63,439 bases of DNA, filler included, from Octopus bimaculoides (GCF_001194135.2; 6 parts of 6 records of this genome joined end to end with filler, not necessarily neighbours in it), one strand, 5' to 3'. Numbered from the whole stretch's first letter, positions 25,386-39,448 are shown. The notes: generated from the letters alone by a model not told the origin. Numbers and translations are program-made.

Positions 25386-25896
25386 TGTTGTGTCGACGCC
25401 CCCAGGCGAAGAAGTAGGATCTCCCAAGACATATAAATAGAAGTAGTCTATTTAAGCACCCGGACAAGTTTCAAACAGATGCACCCAGACAAGTTTCAAA
25501 CAGATGCACCCGGAAAAGTTTCAAACAAGTGGATTATTCGTGGGCTACGACACCCTGCCAAGTGTAGTAACGGCAGAGGAGCTGTTGCCACTTACAATTG
25601 TTAAAGAAAAAAAATGATCATAAACTGTATGAGAGAACTGTTAAATGAAACTGCGAGTTTTGGGGGACTCGTAAGCCATTTCATCACCTCATTGTAAGTA
25701 ATTCATTCCATTCATCACTTGTTCTTTGTACCCCACGTGCTGTATTGTTTTGTCTGTCCTTGTAGTGTCCCCTCTCTGTGTAGTGGCCGTAGTGCCAAAA
25801 TAAAGACATAGTGTTGAGTAGCAGTCGAGTAGCAGTTTTGTAGCGGTTGAGTAGAGATCATCCGAAGGTGCTAGATAGCAGTATCTTGAAACAACA
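25386..25896 (+). mobile_element. Probable LTR of a Gypsy-like retrotransposon
   Basis: TGTTG…AACA ends, a TATAAATAG box, three ~25-bp tandem repeats (GCACCCGGACAAGTTTCAAACAGAT, ~25456-25527) and AATAAA near 25798. It lies directly upstream of an integrase remnant. Confidence 0.4.
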
Positions 25897-25929
25897 GTAT
25901 TGTGGCAAATGTCTATTAAGACTGTACAC

Positions 25930-26620
25930 GATGATCTCCATTGTGGTGGAGTGGAAACTCCCATTTCTTTGCGATTGGAAGCCTGGCGGGCTGAATATTG
26001 TCATGATGTTGATTATGCTAGAAGTAGTCTCAAGTGTTGTCAGCTTAAACCTGTAGAGTTGGCCAGCTGAAGTGAAGGCTTGATCACGTGTACATATGAA
26101 ACATGCTTCTGTACAAAATGTTGGTTGGTGCTATTTTTCTAGGTGGTCAGAAACGGTGAGAGTGACTTATAAACCTGCTGAAACTGACAGATGTTTGGAG
26201 GATAATTTTCACAACGAATGAATTTTCACATGTATTTGATTCTGACGATACATCTGAATTTTGGGACGAGAAATTGTTACAACGGCTCGAAAAGATAGGG
26301 TGTAAAACTCTTAAAAGATCGCCATATTCTCAGTCTTCAAACGGTCTAAATGAATAAATAGTAAAGAAAGTAAAAATGGGGGTCAACATATTTTCTAAAA
26401 AGTTTGGATCGTTTGATGCTTATTTGTCACGGTTTCTCCTTAGTTACAGATACAAACTCCATCCTGCTTGAAAGAAAACTTCTTCAGCGTTGATCGGATG
26501 CCTGACAAAGACACCATTGACCATGTCATACGCTGTCGGCCAGCCATTATGTTACGCACATAAATCATGCGCGATTCCTGAAAGAGCTTGGTATTTAATA
26601 CAAAATGGAAGAAATACATA
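25930..26620 (+). mobile_element. Degenerate Gypsy-type integrase
   Basis: …SRVHM…VQNVG… FSHVFDSDDTSEFWDEKLLQRLEKIGCKTLKRSPYSQSSNGLNE*IVKKVKMG…FLLSYR…SSALIG. These are decayed SDNG-EF, PYHPQSNGLAE and LLxYR integrase motifs. Confidence 0.75.
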
Positions 26621-28350
26621 ACTGATTGTGAAGTATGACTTCTATTACACAATGACGAAATAAGAAAATGTACTGAGTAACATGAACAAAGTAGCGTACA
26701 AAAATCTGCATCGATGTTGGAAGATGTTTCGAAACTTCGCAAAGAGCGAAGTGGAGTACAATAATCTATAACTGTTTTAAAAGTTTGTAGACCAGGCATT
26801 CAAAAATCTGATGCCAGTGGAAGACCACAAAATGATCTAAGAAGTCAAGCAGTAAACAAGGGGTTTCTTCCTAAACGATACGGAAATGATAAAAGATCGA
26901 AGTACTTGCGTCGCTTGAGCGTTGGCCAATGATAACAACTAGGGACGGTCGCTTATGATAACAATCATTAGATGGAGTGCTTTCAATTTTAAATAAAACG
27001 ACAGGACACGTATGAGACCGTTATCAAATGCCATCATGACACAATAAGCTTTCTACAAATAGGAATAAATGATATATTCAGTTTTACCACTTCTTCAGAT
27101 AAGCTGTCAGCTAAATACTCAATATCTTCATTAAAAGAAAAATAGATTGTTTATGCGGTTTCCGTACTAGCTTGATAGAGCAGCGAAATCTCATCCGAAT
27201 CACAGCCAAATATCTGCCAACAAATAGAAGCACACATTGGATACCGTAATCCTTCTTATACAATGTGTAGACAGAGGATGCAGTGGTCTCGGCAGAAATT
27301 CATTTCATATACATTTCGTTTTGAGGTGAGTTGATCTTGATCAAAATAAAATACTTAGTTCAGGCAGTAAATTTTGCTCGTTCGGATTAAATCTGTCTAT
27401 TCAAATTCTTCAGCAACTAGAACACAACTTCATTAATCGAGCTGCTTCCAACTTCTATCGGAATACTTACAATTCTATTGAATAACGTTTGGTATTTCCT
27501 GGGACTTTTAAAGCTTAAGTTAACACATCACATCCCAAACATCTGTTTACTAGGAGACTGCCAAAGTGTGTGTTATTAGGGTATTATCCGTCAGAAAATT
27601 GTAAATCATTTATCATTTATTTACATATCTGAGATTTTGATCTTAGTCTCTGTGAGTTAACGATACCCCTACCGAAACAGGTTTGGCATCCACATTGCAG
27701 TCAATATCAAGAAACATAGTATAATAGAATGAGAAAAATAAATAAGACATTAATGCAGTTTATATGTGTTTAATAGGCGATGCTTCAACTGTTAGGCAAC
27801 AGTTTCAATAGACTTTATCAAACATAATACTTTGTTGCGATTTATGGGCAAGCAGCTCAGAGTATATCCAAACATATTCATGAAATTACAACATAACTAC
27901 CGTCATCGATCTAGATAAATCGTTCTTTTATTGGGAAATTGACTAAAAAAAGTGGATCTTCCATTGAACAAATGCTCAGCTTCCAAATGATGCCATAAAC
28001 TTACAGCTTTGTCCTCCATATCAGAACTTGTCGTATGTGGTTAAACCAGGTTCAGCTCATTTTTGTAAATATATCTCATTACTCTGTGTTCTGTGTTACC
28101 TGCACTATGGATATATGATTAAGCAGTTCGCTTAATAATCAGGGGGTTCCGAGTTTTATCCCTCTACGTGGCATACTTGGTAATGCATCATTTAGCTAAG
28201 CCATGTGATTGAATCTGAGAAGAGAGAAACGTGTGACTGTTCAATTTCAGGTTTAGATATGAGTCTACAACATATGAAGGATTTAGAGGTGACTTTGCAT
28301 AGTTCAGACGGGAAAGTAATGTTATCATGATATGGACGACTTAATCTATA

Positions 28351-29740
28351 CACACATACATACATACATACATACATACATACATACATAATGGAAGTCT
28401 GTCGGGGTTCGACAATGACGTCAGTGACGCCGGAGGTGGGAACGGAGCTCAAAGGCGGACGCGCAGATTTGACCACATGTTAGGCACGTAACAAAAGAAG
28501 GGTTGGGGATCCTCTCTTTTTGGGCTTGTCGCTTCTGGTCCAGGCTCTTGAGGCGCTTTTCCCCGAACAGCCTAACACCCTTTTGGACAGCTGTACGCCA
28601 GGCGCCGCGGTCAGAGGCAAGTGATTCCCAGTCACGGGCTGAAATGCCTCAGGCCTCAAGGGAAGTTTTCAGGCTGTCCTTGTATCGCCTCAGTGGCCTT
28701 CCAGAATTTCTTGCTCCAGAAGCCAGTTCAGAGAAGATCATCTTTGGTAGACGCGCGTCGTCCATTCGGACTACATGTCCGACCCACCGGAGCTGGGCCT
28801 TCATGATGAGAGCTTCGATCCCGAGCATTTCAGCTCTGTGAAGCACCTCAGTGTTGGAGACTCTGTCCTCCCAGGTAATTCCCATGATTCGGAGCAGCGG
28901 CGGTGGAAGTGGTCAAGTACTCGCATTTGCCTCTTATACAGCGTCCACATCCTACAGCCGTAAAGCAGGGAGGTGATGACGACTGCCCTATAGACTGCCA
29001 GCTTGGTGGAAAGTCTGATGCGTCGTCCAAAGTCTGCCAAACGAAGCTCCTGTTTTTGCAAGCCTCGTGGAGACATCTTTGTCCATGCTGCAGTTTGACG
29101 ACAGGCAGCTTCCCAGGTATCTGAAGCTCTCCACTTTGTTCAGAGTTGTGCCCTCAGTCTCAATCTGAGGCTCAGGAGGTATCAGGCCAGGTGCAGGCTG
29201 AAGCATCACTTCAGTTTTTCGCCCTGAAGAGGGCTGCTCCGTCGTCAGAGTGGGTGCCGAGCTATGCCCTTGCCCCGGTAGGCTGCAGAACGACCATCCT
29301 TCCCTGACCGCCCGAGTGCAGGTCCATAGTTAGCAAATCCCAGCGCTATTCTACACCTGCCACAGTCACCTCTCGCTCATCACCTCAGGACTTGGAAGAA
29401 GAAGTAGAGGGGGTGGAGTCACTGAATCCTGGGCAAAAGAACTGTGGAGGTCTTGGGTTGCCTAAGCTCAGGACCCCGCTCTCGGTCCAGCTGATCTAGC
29501 CAGGTGGGACGCAGGACGACACATCCTAGTCACGACTGGACTGCAGGCGCTGCGGGAGAGATGATGGACTTCATCACATAACCGCCTTAGGGGCTCCACT
29601 CCGGATTTGGATACGGTTTACTTCCTAGCCTTTGTTTAACCAAAAAAAATCTACCCGCAAAGCAGCGGGAGACTCTTGGAGGGCGGGGACGTCTCACTAC
29701 CGTACAGGACCAGAAGGACCTGCCCAATGCCCATATGATA
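28351..29740 (-). mobile_element. RTE-clade LINE, internally deleted (5' UTR-like region joined to the distal RT/C-terminus), (ATGT)n tail
   Basis: KTEVMLQP…VESFRYLGS…KLAVYRAVVITSLLYGC…ITWEDRVSNTEVL…QLRWVGHVVRM…DRGAWR…CLTCGQICASAFELRSHLRRH* (stop 28423-28421), then a short UTR and (ATGT)n. The GC-rich non-coding segment 29221-29650 contains AAATCCGGAGTGGAGCCCCTAAGGCGG, which I recall from RTE 5' UTRs. Confidence 0.85.
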
Positions 29741-30051
29741 TATACAATTAAAAAAAAAGAACACATTCTATACAACACACACACACAGAGTCCAAAATGC
29801 AACACACAGAATACACGCACACAAACACTCCACAAACACACATAGTTGAATGGCCGTTGACTACGTTGTAACTCCTTCGCCCTTTGTGTCACTATCACTT
29901 AATTCCAAAGTAAAATCCAACATAAAGTGTTATGGAAACATCCCTGCCTCAAAAACTGGCAACAGTTCGACATAATGTTACAAGACAATAAAATATCATG
30001 CTCATTCCTCTTATCTCACTCAATACTTGGAGTTAGGACTACAAGTTGCCT

Positions 30052-30337
30052 GAGTAGCTGATGGTAAAGACTACACAAATAATAAGAGGACAACCGGCGC
30101 TCAATTTACGACGCTGGTGTGTAATCTTAAGACTATGGCTGCGGGTGTTCGTGGAGAACAACGACATATAAAACTATAGTGATCCACTTATTTGCTAAAA
30201 TTTTAAGCGGATATCGCTGCACAATGAGAGTTACATACTGCAAAGTCAGGACATCTATGCACTTAATACTGTAAATTTTCTGCCAGGTTTTTAGGTTGTC
30301 ATCTTATTATTTCCGTAGTCTTTACCATCAGCTACTC
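30052..30337. mobile_element. MITE-like element with ~44-bp terminal inverted repeats
   Basis: GAGTAGCTGATGGTAAAGACTAC (30052) and GTAGTCTTTACCATCAGCTACTC (to 30337) are a perfect 23-bp inverted pair, extending imperfectly to AAATAATAAGA-GACAACC. No TSD is evident. Confidence 0.6.
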
Positions 30338-31256
30338 TTGACGACTCGAGAGAGAATGTATTGTCTGTGCTGTGGGAAACTCACTGCAAAATCTGATAAA
30401 GCCGAGCGTAAAATATATGTTTACTTGTCAATGTTCCGAGAATGTACTCTATACAGCATGCAAAAGAAGAATTCTCTCACTGTGCCTCAAGGACGACTCA
30501 GGAGACTGTTGCCAGGCTTTTTGACCTTCAGAGATGTAACCAGCCATGACTAAACTTCCTTAAACGGCATACGATTGGCTGATAATTGCTTGAGTTTTGA
30601 GTTTTACAAACTCCATAAACTATATTTCACCATCACTTATTTCCAAAGTACAGTAGAAGTTTGACCTGGCGTTACCAGGCAACCAATGTTCTGATAACTA
30701 GATCGCTCCAGACTACAGACTCTAGTACGGATCACTTATTGGTGTACTGCACGACAATGAAATGACTTTGACTGCTTCTAACCGCTTCTTGGCCCACTCC
30801 TGCCTTGTAGGACCGCAAGTATTTGACTCTGAAACACACACGCACATACACACACATACATAGACACACACACACACACACACAATGCACATACTACACG
30901 CACACACACACACACACACAGAGGCTTGGTTTGAATTACATCAGGCATGATCTAAGGTATTGCGACGTTGAAGGTTACAAACCTGGTTCTAAGTATATTG
31001 TTTCCCCTGATTTCCCTTGGCACACAATAGATATTGAACACTACACAAATTCAATTTTATGTTAAGAAAGTTCTTGTTACTATGTGACACTGGAATATTT
31101 GGAAGTAGAATTACAGTCCACAGAGAACGATTCCAAAAAATTTCAGTAAGTATTCTGCCACTGATAGCAGCACGTACATAAACGCATGCATATATGCGTC
31201 CATACATAAGCGCACACACTTACTCAGACAAATATATATATATCATCATCACCAAC

Positions 31257-31264
31257 ACCATCAT

Positions 31265-31309
<45 letters not shown>

Positions 31310-32035
31310 CATCCTCATCATGATTTAACGTCCACTTTCCATGCTAGTATGGGTTGGACGATTTGACTGAGAACTGGCAAACCAGATGGTTGCACCAGGC
31401 TCTAATCTGATCTAGCAGAGTTTCTACCGCTGGATGCCCTTCCTAACGCCAACCACTCGGTGAGTAGTAGGAGCTTTTACGTGCCACCAGCACACGGACC
31501 AGTTAGGCGGTACTGGGAGTACTGGCAACGGCCACGCTCAAAATAGTGTTTTTTACGTGACACCTGCACAAGAGCCAATTTAGCGGCACTTGCAATGACC
31601 TCATTCGAATGATTTTTCACGTGCCACCGTCACAAGTGCTAGTAAGGTAACGCTGGTAATGATCACGCTCAAATGGTGCTATTTACGTGCCACCGGTACG
31701 GAAGCCAGACAGCTGCTCTGGCAATGATCACGCTCGGACGGTGCTGTTAGCGCACCACTGGCACAGGTGCCAGTCATCGAATTTGGTTCAATTACGATTT
31801 CGATTTCACTTGCCGTCGAATTTGGTTTGATTTCGATTTCACTTGCCACAACAGGTCTTCGTAAGCAGAGTTTAGTGTCCATTGAAGGAAAGGTACGCAT
31901 AAGTGGGCTGGCTACACCTCTGGCAAAGGCCACGGATTACGGTTTCACTTAGCTTGCCGGTTTTTCTCACGCACAACATATTTCCAAAGGTCTCGGTCAC
32001 AAGTCATTGCCTCGGTGAGGCCTAATGTTCGAAGT
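31257..32035 (-). mobile_element. 3' end of an RTE-type LINE/derived repeat with (ATG)n tail
   Basis: The minus strand encodes RTLGLTEAMTCDRDLWKYVVREKTRQAK*, then a long 3' UTR with repeated ACGTGCCACC sub-repeats, ending in a (CAT)n tract on the plus strand. Confidence 0.65.
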
Positions 32036-32665
32036 TAAGTAATATCACATCCAGCCACAAAATGTACCAATTTGCATAATAAAATCATAGAGTGTACTTG
32101 ACAAAGAAAGACTTATTTGGAAATCTACACTGCCTGACAGAATGGGAAGAGAATTCCTCAGAATCATTGTAGAATCAGTTCTCTATTGTTTGAAAAAAAA
32201 AAAGGGATACAAAGCAAGGTTCATGGGGTCTGTACATCTTTGTTGTGTGCTGTTCTCCATAAATCATGGAAAAAACATACGACAGAAAAGCTTTATGGAA
32301 ATATTCCCTGTATATCATCAATCATTCTTGAGCGGGGTACAAGATATGCTGTTACAGTTCTATTGAAGCAAACATGAATGTTTTAAATAGCTTCGTTTAC
32401 GCATCCCTAGCCATGGAATTCTGATGTCGGATAATCCGGATGACGTACATCCATCAACACTCACATGATGTCGACTTTCAGATAGAAAACCTCAAAAATA
32501 TAATGCGAGACAGTAATGGTTGGAGAAAATTAATGTTTTAGGTTTGGGCACCCTCTCGAAACGCTAGAGTGCGTGCCTGCGCGAGCATACGCGCGAACAC
32601 ACACACGCACGCACACACACACACTTGCATACACACGTATATATGAGCATATATATATATATATA

Positions 32666-32866
32666 TATGAGGGGGCTGAAAAGTTTCTGGCTTTGGGTAA
32701 ACGAAAATACAGAAGGATCAGGTATTTATGATTTTATTCAGCATGTTTCCCTCTCAGATTCACAAACTTATTTGCAGAGGTCCTTCAGTCTTTCTAAGCC
32801 CTGTAAAAGAACTCGGAAGAAAGGCCTTTTCGCTATACCCTTAAAGCCAAGAACTTTCCAGCACCC
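32666..32866. mobile_element. Tc1/mariner-type MITE
   Basis: TIRs TATGAGGGGGCTGAAAAGTTTCTGGCTTT … AAAGCCAAGAACTTTCCAGCACCC, inserted next to a TA run. Confidence 0.65.
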
Positions 32867-33258
32867 TGCCCCCGGGATTTTAAGAATTTAAGGATTTTAA
32901 GAATTTAATGATCGTTATGTATGTGTTTTTTCGTGTTTTGTTCCGATGGTAACCACTCCTGAAGAAGTGCCAAATGTCAAAATCCAATGACCCAGTCACT
33001 GGATAAGTTTGGCACAGAAATGTTAACATAGAGTGGTGAATAAATTGATATATCGAATTTGAAGTCTCTGTCTCTTTTGAATATGAAAATTTAAAAGTTA
33101 AAAACCTTATANNNNNNNNNNNNNNNNNNNNNNNNNNNNNNNNNNNNNNNNNNNNNNNNNNNNNNNNNNNNNNNNNNNNNNNNNNNNNNNNNNNNNNNNN
33201 NNNNNNNNNNNNNNNNNNNNNNNNNNNNNNNNNNNNNNNNNNNNNNNNNNNNNNNNNN

Positions 33259-33294
<36 letters not shown>

Positions 33295-34352
33295 AGTGTA
33301 CATGTTTTAGGAAAGATCCAGGGAATAATTACAAGATAGCTAAATGTTGCACCTTAAAGAGTCTAACAAACCTTTTTTTTAGACGCAATTTCCTATACTG
33401 TTTTCCAAACATAAACTTGTGAACACGTTTACGAAGTGAGCTTACAGGTGTTCACATTTGAAAAGACACTCTTTCGCTCTTTAAATGATATCTACCCCAT
33501 GCCTAATAATAATTTCTGCAAATTATCTTTTCTTTATTCTTTATTCATACTGCCCATAAACTTTATTCCTCGCCTCATCTTTTCTTTCGATCTTTTATCT
33601 ATCTAATTTTGCCCGTTCCTCTCTCCTCTCTCTATTTTAACTTTGTTTTCTCCTTTTCTCCTCCCTATTTATCTATATCTTCTCTTCTTCTCTCACCCCA
33701 TGAAGCATATTTCCTTAACGGCATTTTCAAATTTTAGCGTTCCTTTCTCTACTTAAATTTCCATATATTTATATGCGTGTATATCTGTATATGTACAAAT
33801 GTGTGTATGTGTTTATGTGAGTGTGTGTTTGTGTATGTATTTGGGTGTATCTATGCTTTGGGCATGTGTATGATCTTGTGCGTGTATGTGTATGTGTACG
33901 TGTGTTTATGTGTGTTAGTACGTTGTCGTACACGTCTATAAATGTATGCGTATGTATACATGTGACTGTTGTGAGTATATGTATGTGTATGCATGTATGT
34001 GTTTATATATGTATATTTATGTATGGATGTGTATATATATCGATGGGTATGTGTGAACATATATGTATGTGTGTATTTGTATATATATGTGTATATATAT
34101 ATGTATATATGTATACACGTATGTGTATATGTGTGCCTGTGTGTGTGTGCATATGCATATTTATATACGTCACATTTTGTGTGGTTTCTTATACCTTTTA
34201 AAATGTCTATTTGATGAGCACTGTTATTTATATTTCTCATGNNNNNNNNNNNNNNNNNNNNNNNNNNNNNNNNNNNNNNNNNNNNTTAATTAATTAANNN
34301 NNNNNNNNNNNNNNNNNNNNNNNNNNNNNNNNNNNNNNNNNTATATACACAT

Positions 34353-34402
<50 letters not shown>

Positions 34403-34434
34403 CAACAGGCAGATATGTAGATAGATAGATAGAT

Positions 34435-34477
<43 letters not shown>

Positions 34478-35394
34478 TAGATTGATAGCATACGCTTTCC
34501 TACACTACTTCGGTCTCCCAAATTCAAGCACAAGGCATTAGCCTGCTCGATGCTGTAACAGTTGCCGCGCAGTGACACAGTATCAGGAACGAGGTGGTTG
34601 CAAAGCGAGGATTTTAACAATACAGATAATCGTACGCTTTGTAGCAGAGAACTATACATTTAATAACACAAATTCTAGCTTTGTTTTCTTTAGACGAGTG
34701 AATTTATGACCACGAAACCGAACTTATGAAGATATTATAAGGGAAGGACTTTTTACTTTCTTCTTTGTTTTTGATATACTTGAAGAAATTTCGCTTACAG
34801 CTTTGTAATGTAGACATTGTAGGCACATTACTGCTAGGTTTACTCTTTTGGTCTATTGGGCGTTTGAGTAAAATTGAACGACCTAGAAAAATTAATACTA
34901 TTTAGCTAGAAACCATTTCTGGTTAGAACACAACAGAACACTGAAGGAATAGTACGTGCGTAGGGGAGGTTGGAAAGAGCGAAACATGCTAATAGAATAG
35001 AGAAGAAGAGGAAGATGTATGAGCACGGGGTGAAGATAAGGAAGTAAAGGACTGAGGAAGGGTTCACTTAAAAGAAGGAAGGGCATAGCTTTGCGGAAAT
35101 TCGGGAAAAGGATAGTTATAGTTTGATGTCAAGTTGACGCACATGGAGCATTGGAGTTTGCCTTGTTTTAAGGTTAGCTATCCTCCATGTCATGTTGAAA
35201 TTTGATACGGGTCACTTACATACATGGTCAACTTAATTCCTTAATATTTGGTCATTGGAGCTGTGAAGCATAGCAATAGAAATGAATTAGAAAATGAATG
35301 AAATATCACTAGTAACCATATTCTGATGTAGAGGTCAGGAAAGCTTTGATTAGCTAGGTTATTAATTATTGATAGTTTGAGCGATCATAATAAT

Positions 35395-35430
<36 letters not shown>

Positions 35431-36200
35431 CCTTTCTACTAAAGACACAATGCCTATTTGGGGAGAAGTGTGTATTTTAGAAATTAACTAGAACCAAATT
35501 TATATCTACAATATCGTCTTTCATATCACAATATTGACTTGTCGTCTATAACTGCGTATATCTAAATTTCACTGAACGAAATCTAAGCTCATATATAAAG
35601 GATTAATATTCATGTCGTCTGGAAGTATTCATTTGTGTCTAGCGATTTATAAGTATATTTCGATCGAACTTATATAAAAGTACATTTAAATAACGAATAT
35701 GAGACACTACTCATTTTTATATATACAATTCCATATTTTAATACATCTCAAACTTCCGAAGAATTGAGTAATATAGAGTCGGTTACCCCCCCCCCCCNNN
35801 NNNNNNNNNNNNNNNNNNNNNNNNNNNNNNNNNNNNNNNNNNNNNNNNNNNNNNNNNNNNNNNNNNNNNNNNNNNNNNNNNNNNNNNNNNNNNNNNNNNN
35901 NNNNNNNNNNNNNNNNNNNNNNNNNNNNNNNNNNNNNNNNNNNNNNNNNNNNNNNNNNNNNNNNNNNNNNNNNNNNNNNNNNNNNNNNNNNNNNNNNNNN
36001 NNNNNNNNNNNNNNNNNNNNNNNNNNNNNNNNNNNNNNNNNNNNNNNNNNNNNNNNNNNNNNNNNNNNNNNNNNNNNNNNNNNNNNNNNNNNNNNNNNNN
36101 NNNNNNNNNNNNNNNNNNNNNNNNNNNNNNNNNNNNNNNNNNNNNNNNNNNNNNNNNNNNNNNNNNNNNNNNNNNNNNNNNNNNNNNNNNNNNNNNNNNN

Positions 36201-36260
<60 letters not shown>

Positions 36261-36370
36261 ATAGGATTTTAATAGCCGTGCTAGGAAATCGGAAATTTTA
36301 CTTTACGGGAAGGTTACTGCAATTATGTCAGCCATCTTTGAGAGACGTATTCCTCTCTCTGTACCTTCAG

Positions 36371-36451
36371 AAGCTTGTCATATTTTTCATACTAATAATA
36401 GAATCTTGTTGCCGGCTGTGAAAACGTGGGAGAAAATGTACGTAAAATGAA
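36371..36451 (+). other. Candidate isolated exon (probably non-coding, ends ATGAA|)
   Basis: Strong acceptor CTCTCTCTGTACCTTCAG| and donor GAA|GTAAGC enclose 81 nt. All three frames have stops before the final ATG. Confidence 0.25.
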
Positions 36452-36949
36452 GTAAGCTTTCTTTTTTTTTTTTTATCTATCTCTAAGGATATACACGTTT
36501 GTCACAGATAAAATATTATATTCTCTTGTCTCTGACACAGAATGATGCCTAGTTGTCCGAATCCTGCAACAATAGGTTGTAATCGAACGCTAAAATGCAG
36601 AGCACATACAATAATGTCTATCATACATGTTCTGCAGATATAACTTTTATATCGAAAATAATAATCCAATACTGACAAAAGCAAATTGATCCATTTGTAA
36701 TTGAAATCTTAGCCAAACTAAGGAACGACATACTTCAATCAGTCACGTATTGTTAGAAGGTAATTCTAATATATATATATATTATTCGTGTATGTCTGTG
36801 TGTATGCGTGTGTGTGTATGTGAGTATCATTGAGTGTGTGTGTGGGTGTGTGTGTGTGTGCGTGTCTATGTATAAGTGCGTGTGTATAATAATTTAAACA
36901 GCATGATAAATAGGTAGATACATACATACATACATACGACTTACATATA

Positions 36950-37005
<56 letters not shown>

Positions 37006-37139
37006 CATACATACATATATACGCATATAAAGGGAGGCGATTGTAGGATGGAAGGTCGATAGGTTGGCTATGAAGGACGAATGCCAAAGCTGTAAAATTT
37101 TACAAGCATTCATTTCAAGTATTGTTATTGATATCACCT

Positions 37140-37895
37140 CTGTCACCTAGAGGTGAATTCACTTTTGACATTTCCTAGTGCAATTCAAATGTAACTTGTA
37201 TCGACGTCTCTTGAAAATCAGAAAAAATTGGCATCGTCCTGTTATCAAGTACCTGAAGGGAAAAAAGAGTGGTTAGTCCACAAAGTTATTCACGCTGACA
37301 TGGTTACCACGTGAGGGAACACGCTGCAGCTCTATCAAAAGTGCAAATAAGGGGAGCTGAATTTAGAATGCCAATTGAAATGTTATAGAAGATCTAGAAT
37401 CGGAGTTCCTGCAATTGCTCCCGCCGAGGAAAATGTTGATCGTGTTCACAGCATGCTGATGGATGACAGGTGATCGACTGTACATGAGACATCCAATGCT
37501 ATCAGCATATCCCGTAGCAGACCTCAGAGTATTCTGCACAATGAATTTGGCACGATGCAGGTGTCTGCTCTGTAGGAGAAACGTGGACTGACACGTGTTT
37601 CAAATCGCAGCCTTTTGACACCCATGGCGAGAAAATCTTATATTCTTTGAGGCAGGTCCCGTATAGGCTTCATCATATGGAGATAAAATCCATGCAGTGA
37701 AAACACCCCTTCTCACCTTCTCCAAAGTAGGTCACAGTTGTTTTATTTCCATTTCGTCACCAATGGAGTCCAAGCACTGAAACAGCAATGGAAAAAATGT
37801 GTGAACCGCAAGGGCGTCAATGTTGAACAATATATTTCATTTAATCACATTTGATGAGACTACCTTCTTCAACCTATTGACATTTCAACCGACTT
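37140..37895 (+). mobile_element. Degenerate, internally deleted mariner transposon
   Basis: …HRPVIKYL…EENVDRVHSMLMDDR*STVHETSNAISISRSRPQSILHNEFGTMQVSA… (second HTH up to the WVP linker), and the C-terminus NGVQALKQQWKKCVNRKGVNVEQ. Confidence 0.7.
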
Positions 37896-38229
37896 TCTGA
37901 GATAGATAGATACATACATACACACATACATATATACATATATACAGACTATCATACATACATACAAACCGTTACAAACAATCTGGTACGCGTCACTAAT
38001 ATTTAAAGTGGGTTTGTAATAAAGAGGGAACATGGATTCTTCCCAAACTTCAACACGTGCACCAGCGAAATCTTAATTATAAGACAGCATGAGTGACAGA
38101 GACATCTGACGCAGTAATCTATGAAGAACGTTCTCTCATTCCGTAGGATTCACGAGCTCATAACACCGATATGTAAATTGTAGAAGAGCAGACAAGAAGT
38201 TTAGTTGTGACTACGTCCAATGCATCTGT

Positions 38230-38615
38230 GGAGGCGCAATGGCCCTGTGGTTAGGGCAGCGGACGCGCGGTTGTAGGATCGCGGTTTCGATTCCCAGACC
38301 GGGCGTTGTGAGTGTTTATTGAGCGAAAACACCTAAAGCTCCATTAGGCTCCGGCAGGGGGTGGATGGCGAACCCTGCTGTACTCTTTCACCACAACTTT
38401 CTCTCACTTTTTCTTCCTGTTTCTGTTGTGCCTGTAATTCAAAGGGTCAGCTTTGTCACAGTGTGTCATGCTGAATATCCCCGAGAACTACATTAAGGGT
38501 ACACATGTCTGTGGAGTGCTCAGCCACTTGCACGTTAATTTCACGAGCAGGCTGTTCTATTGATCGGATCAACTGGAACCCTCGACGTCGTAAGCGACGG
38601 AGTGCCAACAACAAA
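38230..38615 (+). mobile_element. Full-length tRNA-derived SINE, family D, with 13-bp TSD
   Basis: A-box TGGCCCTGTGG, B-box GTTTCGATTCC and (AAC)n tail. The target-site duplication CCAATGCATCTGT lies at 38217-38229 and 38616-38628. Confidence 0.9.
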
Positions 38616-39407
38616 CCAATGCATCTGTAAGAAAGTGTTGCGACGATATTTGTTACTGCGCTATGTTCATTGAGATCGAATCCTGTTACTGTCAACTAGA
38701 TTCACAGACTTTACTTTCGGACTTTATTTGCGGACTTTTGGGGCATTAGAAAACTTGAGCATACAAAACGTCGTTAAGCCCTTCGAGATATGTTTCGGTT
38801 TAGTGTAAGCTTTCAAAGAAATGTAGAATTATAGCGGTTTTTCGTACGCACGAATACACGATTTTCATCAGATGCTAAACACGACGTCGACCTCCACGTA
38901 AAACTACCATCAAAGAGCCGCACAATCATTCCCAAAGATTTATGCCGAAAATTGATTTTTCCATCATTCGCTCATAAAAGAATCAATAGAAAATTTATAT
39001 CTGAATATCAAACTGCGGAACAAGATATATTTTCCATCCAAAAGCACGTGTCAGGTTTTATACATCTGTTACAAATCCGAGTCTGGTCTGTTTGTAACTT
39101 TTACTATTATCTGATCACTATTGATTTATATTGTATTCAAATTTGACCTATGCACCATTGGCCTGGATTTTCTACTCGGCCAACAAGCTGGATTTGATAT
39201 TATACTGAAAAGATTATCTGGCAAAAGCTTGCTGAGATATCCACAGCGGTGAATCTAAAATTACTAAAAGGAACATATAAATACATATATATANNNNNNN
39301 NNNNNNNNNNNNNNNNNNNNNNNNNNNNNNNNNNNNNNNNNNNNNNNNNNNNNNNNNNNNNNNNNTATACATACGCACATACACAAACGTACGCAGACAC
39401 ATGTGTG

Positions 39408-39448
<41 letters not shown>

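Noticed and set aside
25456-25527. Three 25-bp direct repeats
   Set aside because: They have no spacers and lie inside a probable LTR.
30720-30823. Possible minus-strand upstream exon (…TTTCAG|AGTCAAATAC…)
   Set aside because: The acceptor is formed by a CA microsatellite and there is no convincing donor.
38230-38305. tRNA gene (also 57570 and other SINE heads)
   Set aside because: A and B boxes are present, but the sequence continues into a SINE body and tail, with a TSD at 38230. I could not build a complete cloverleaf.
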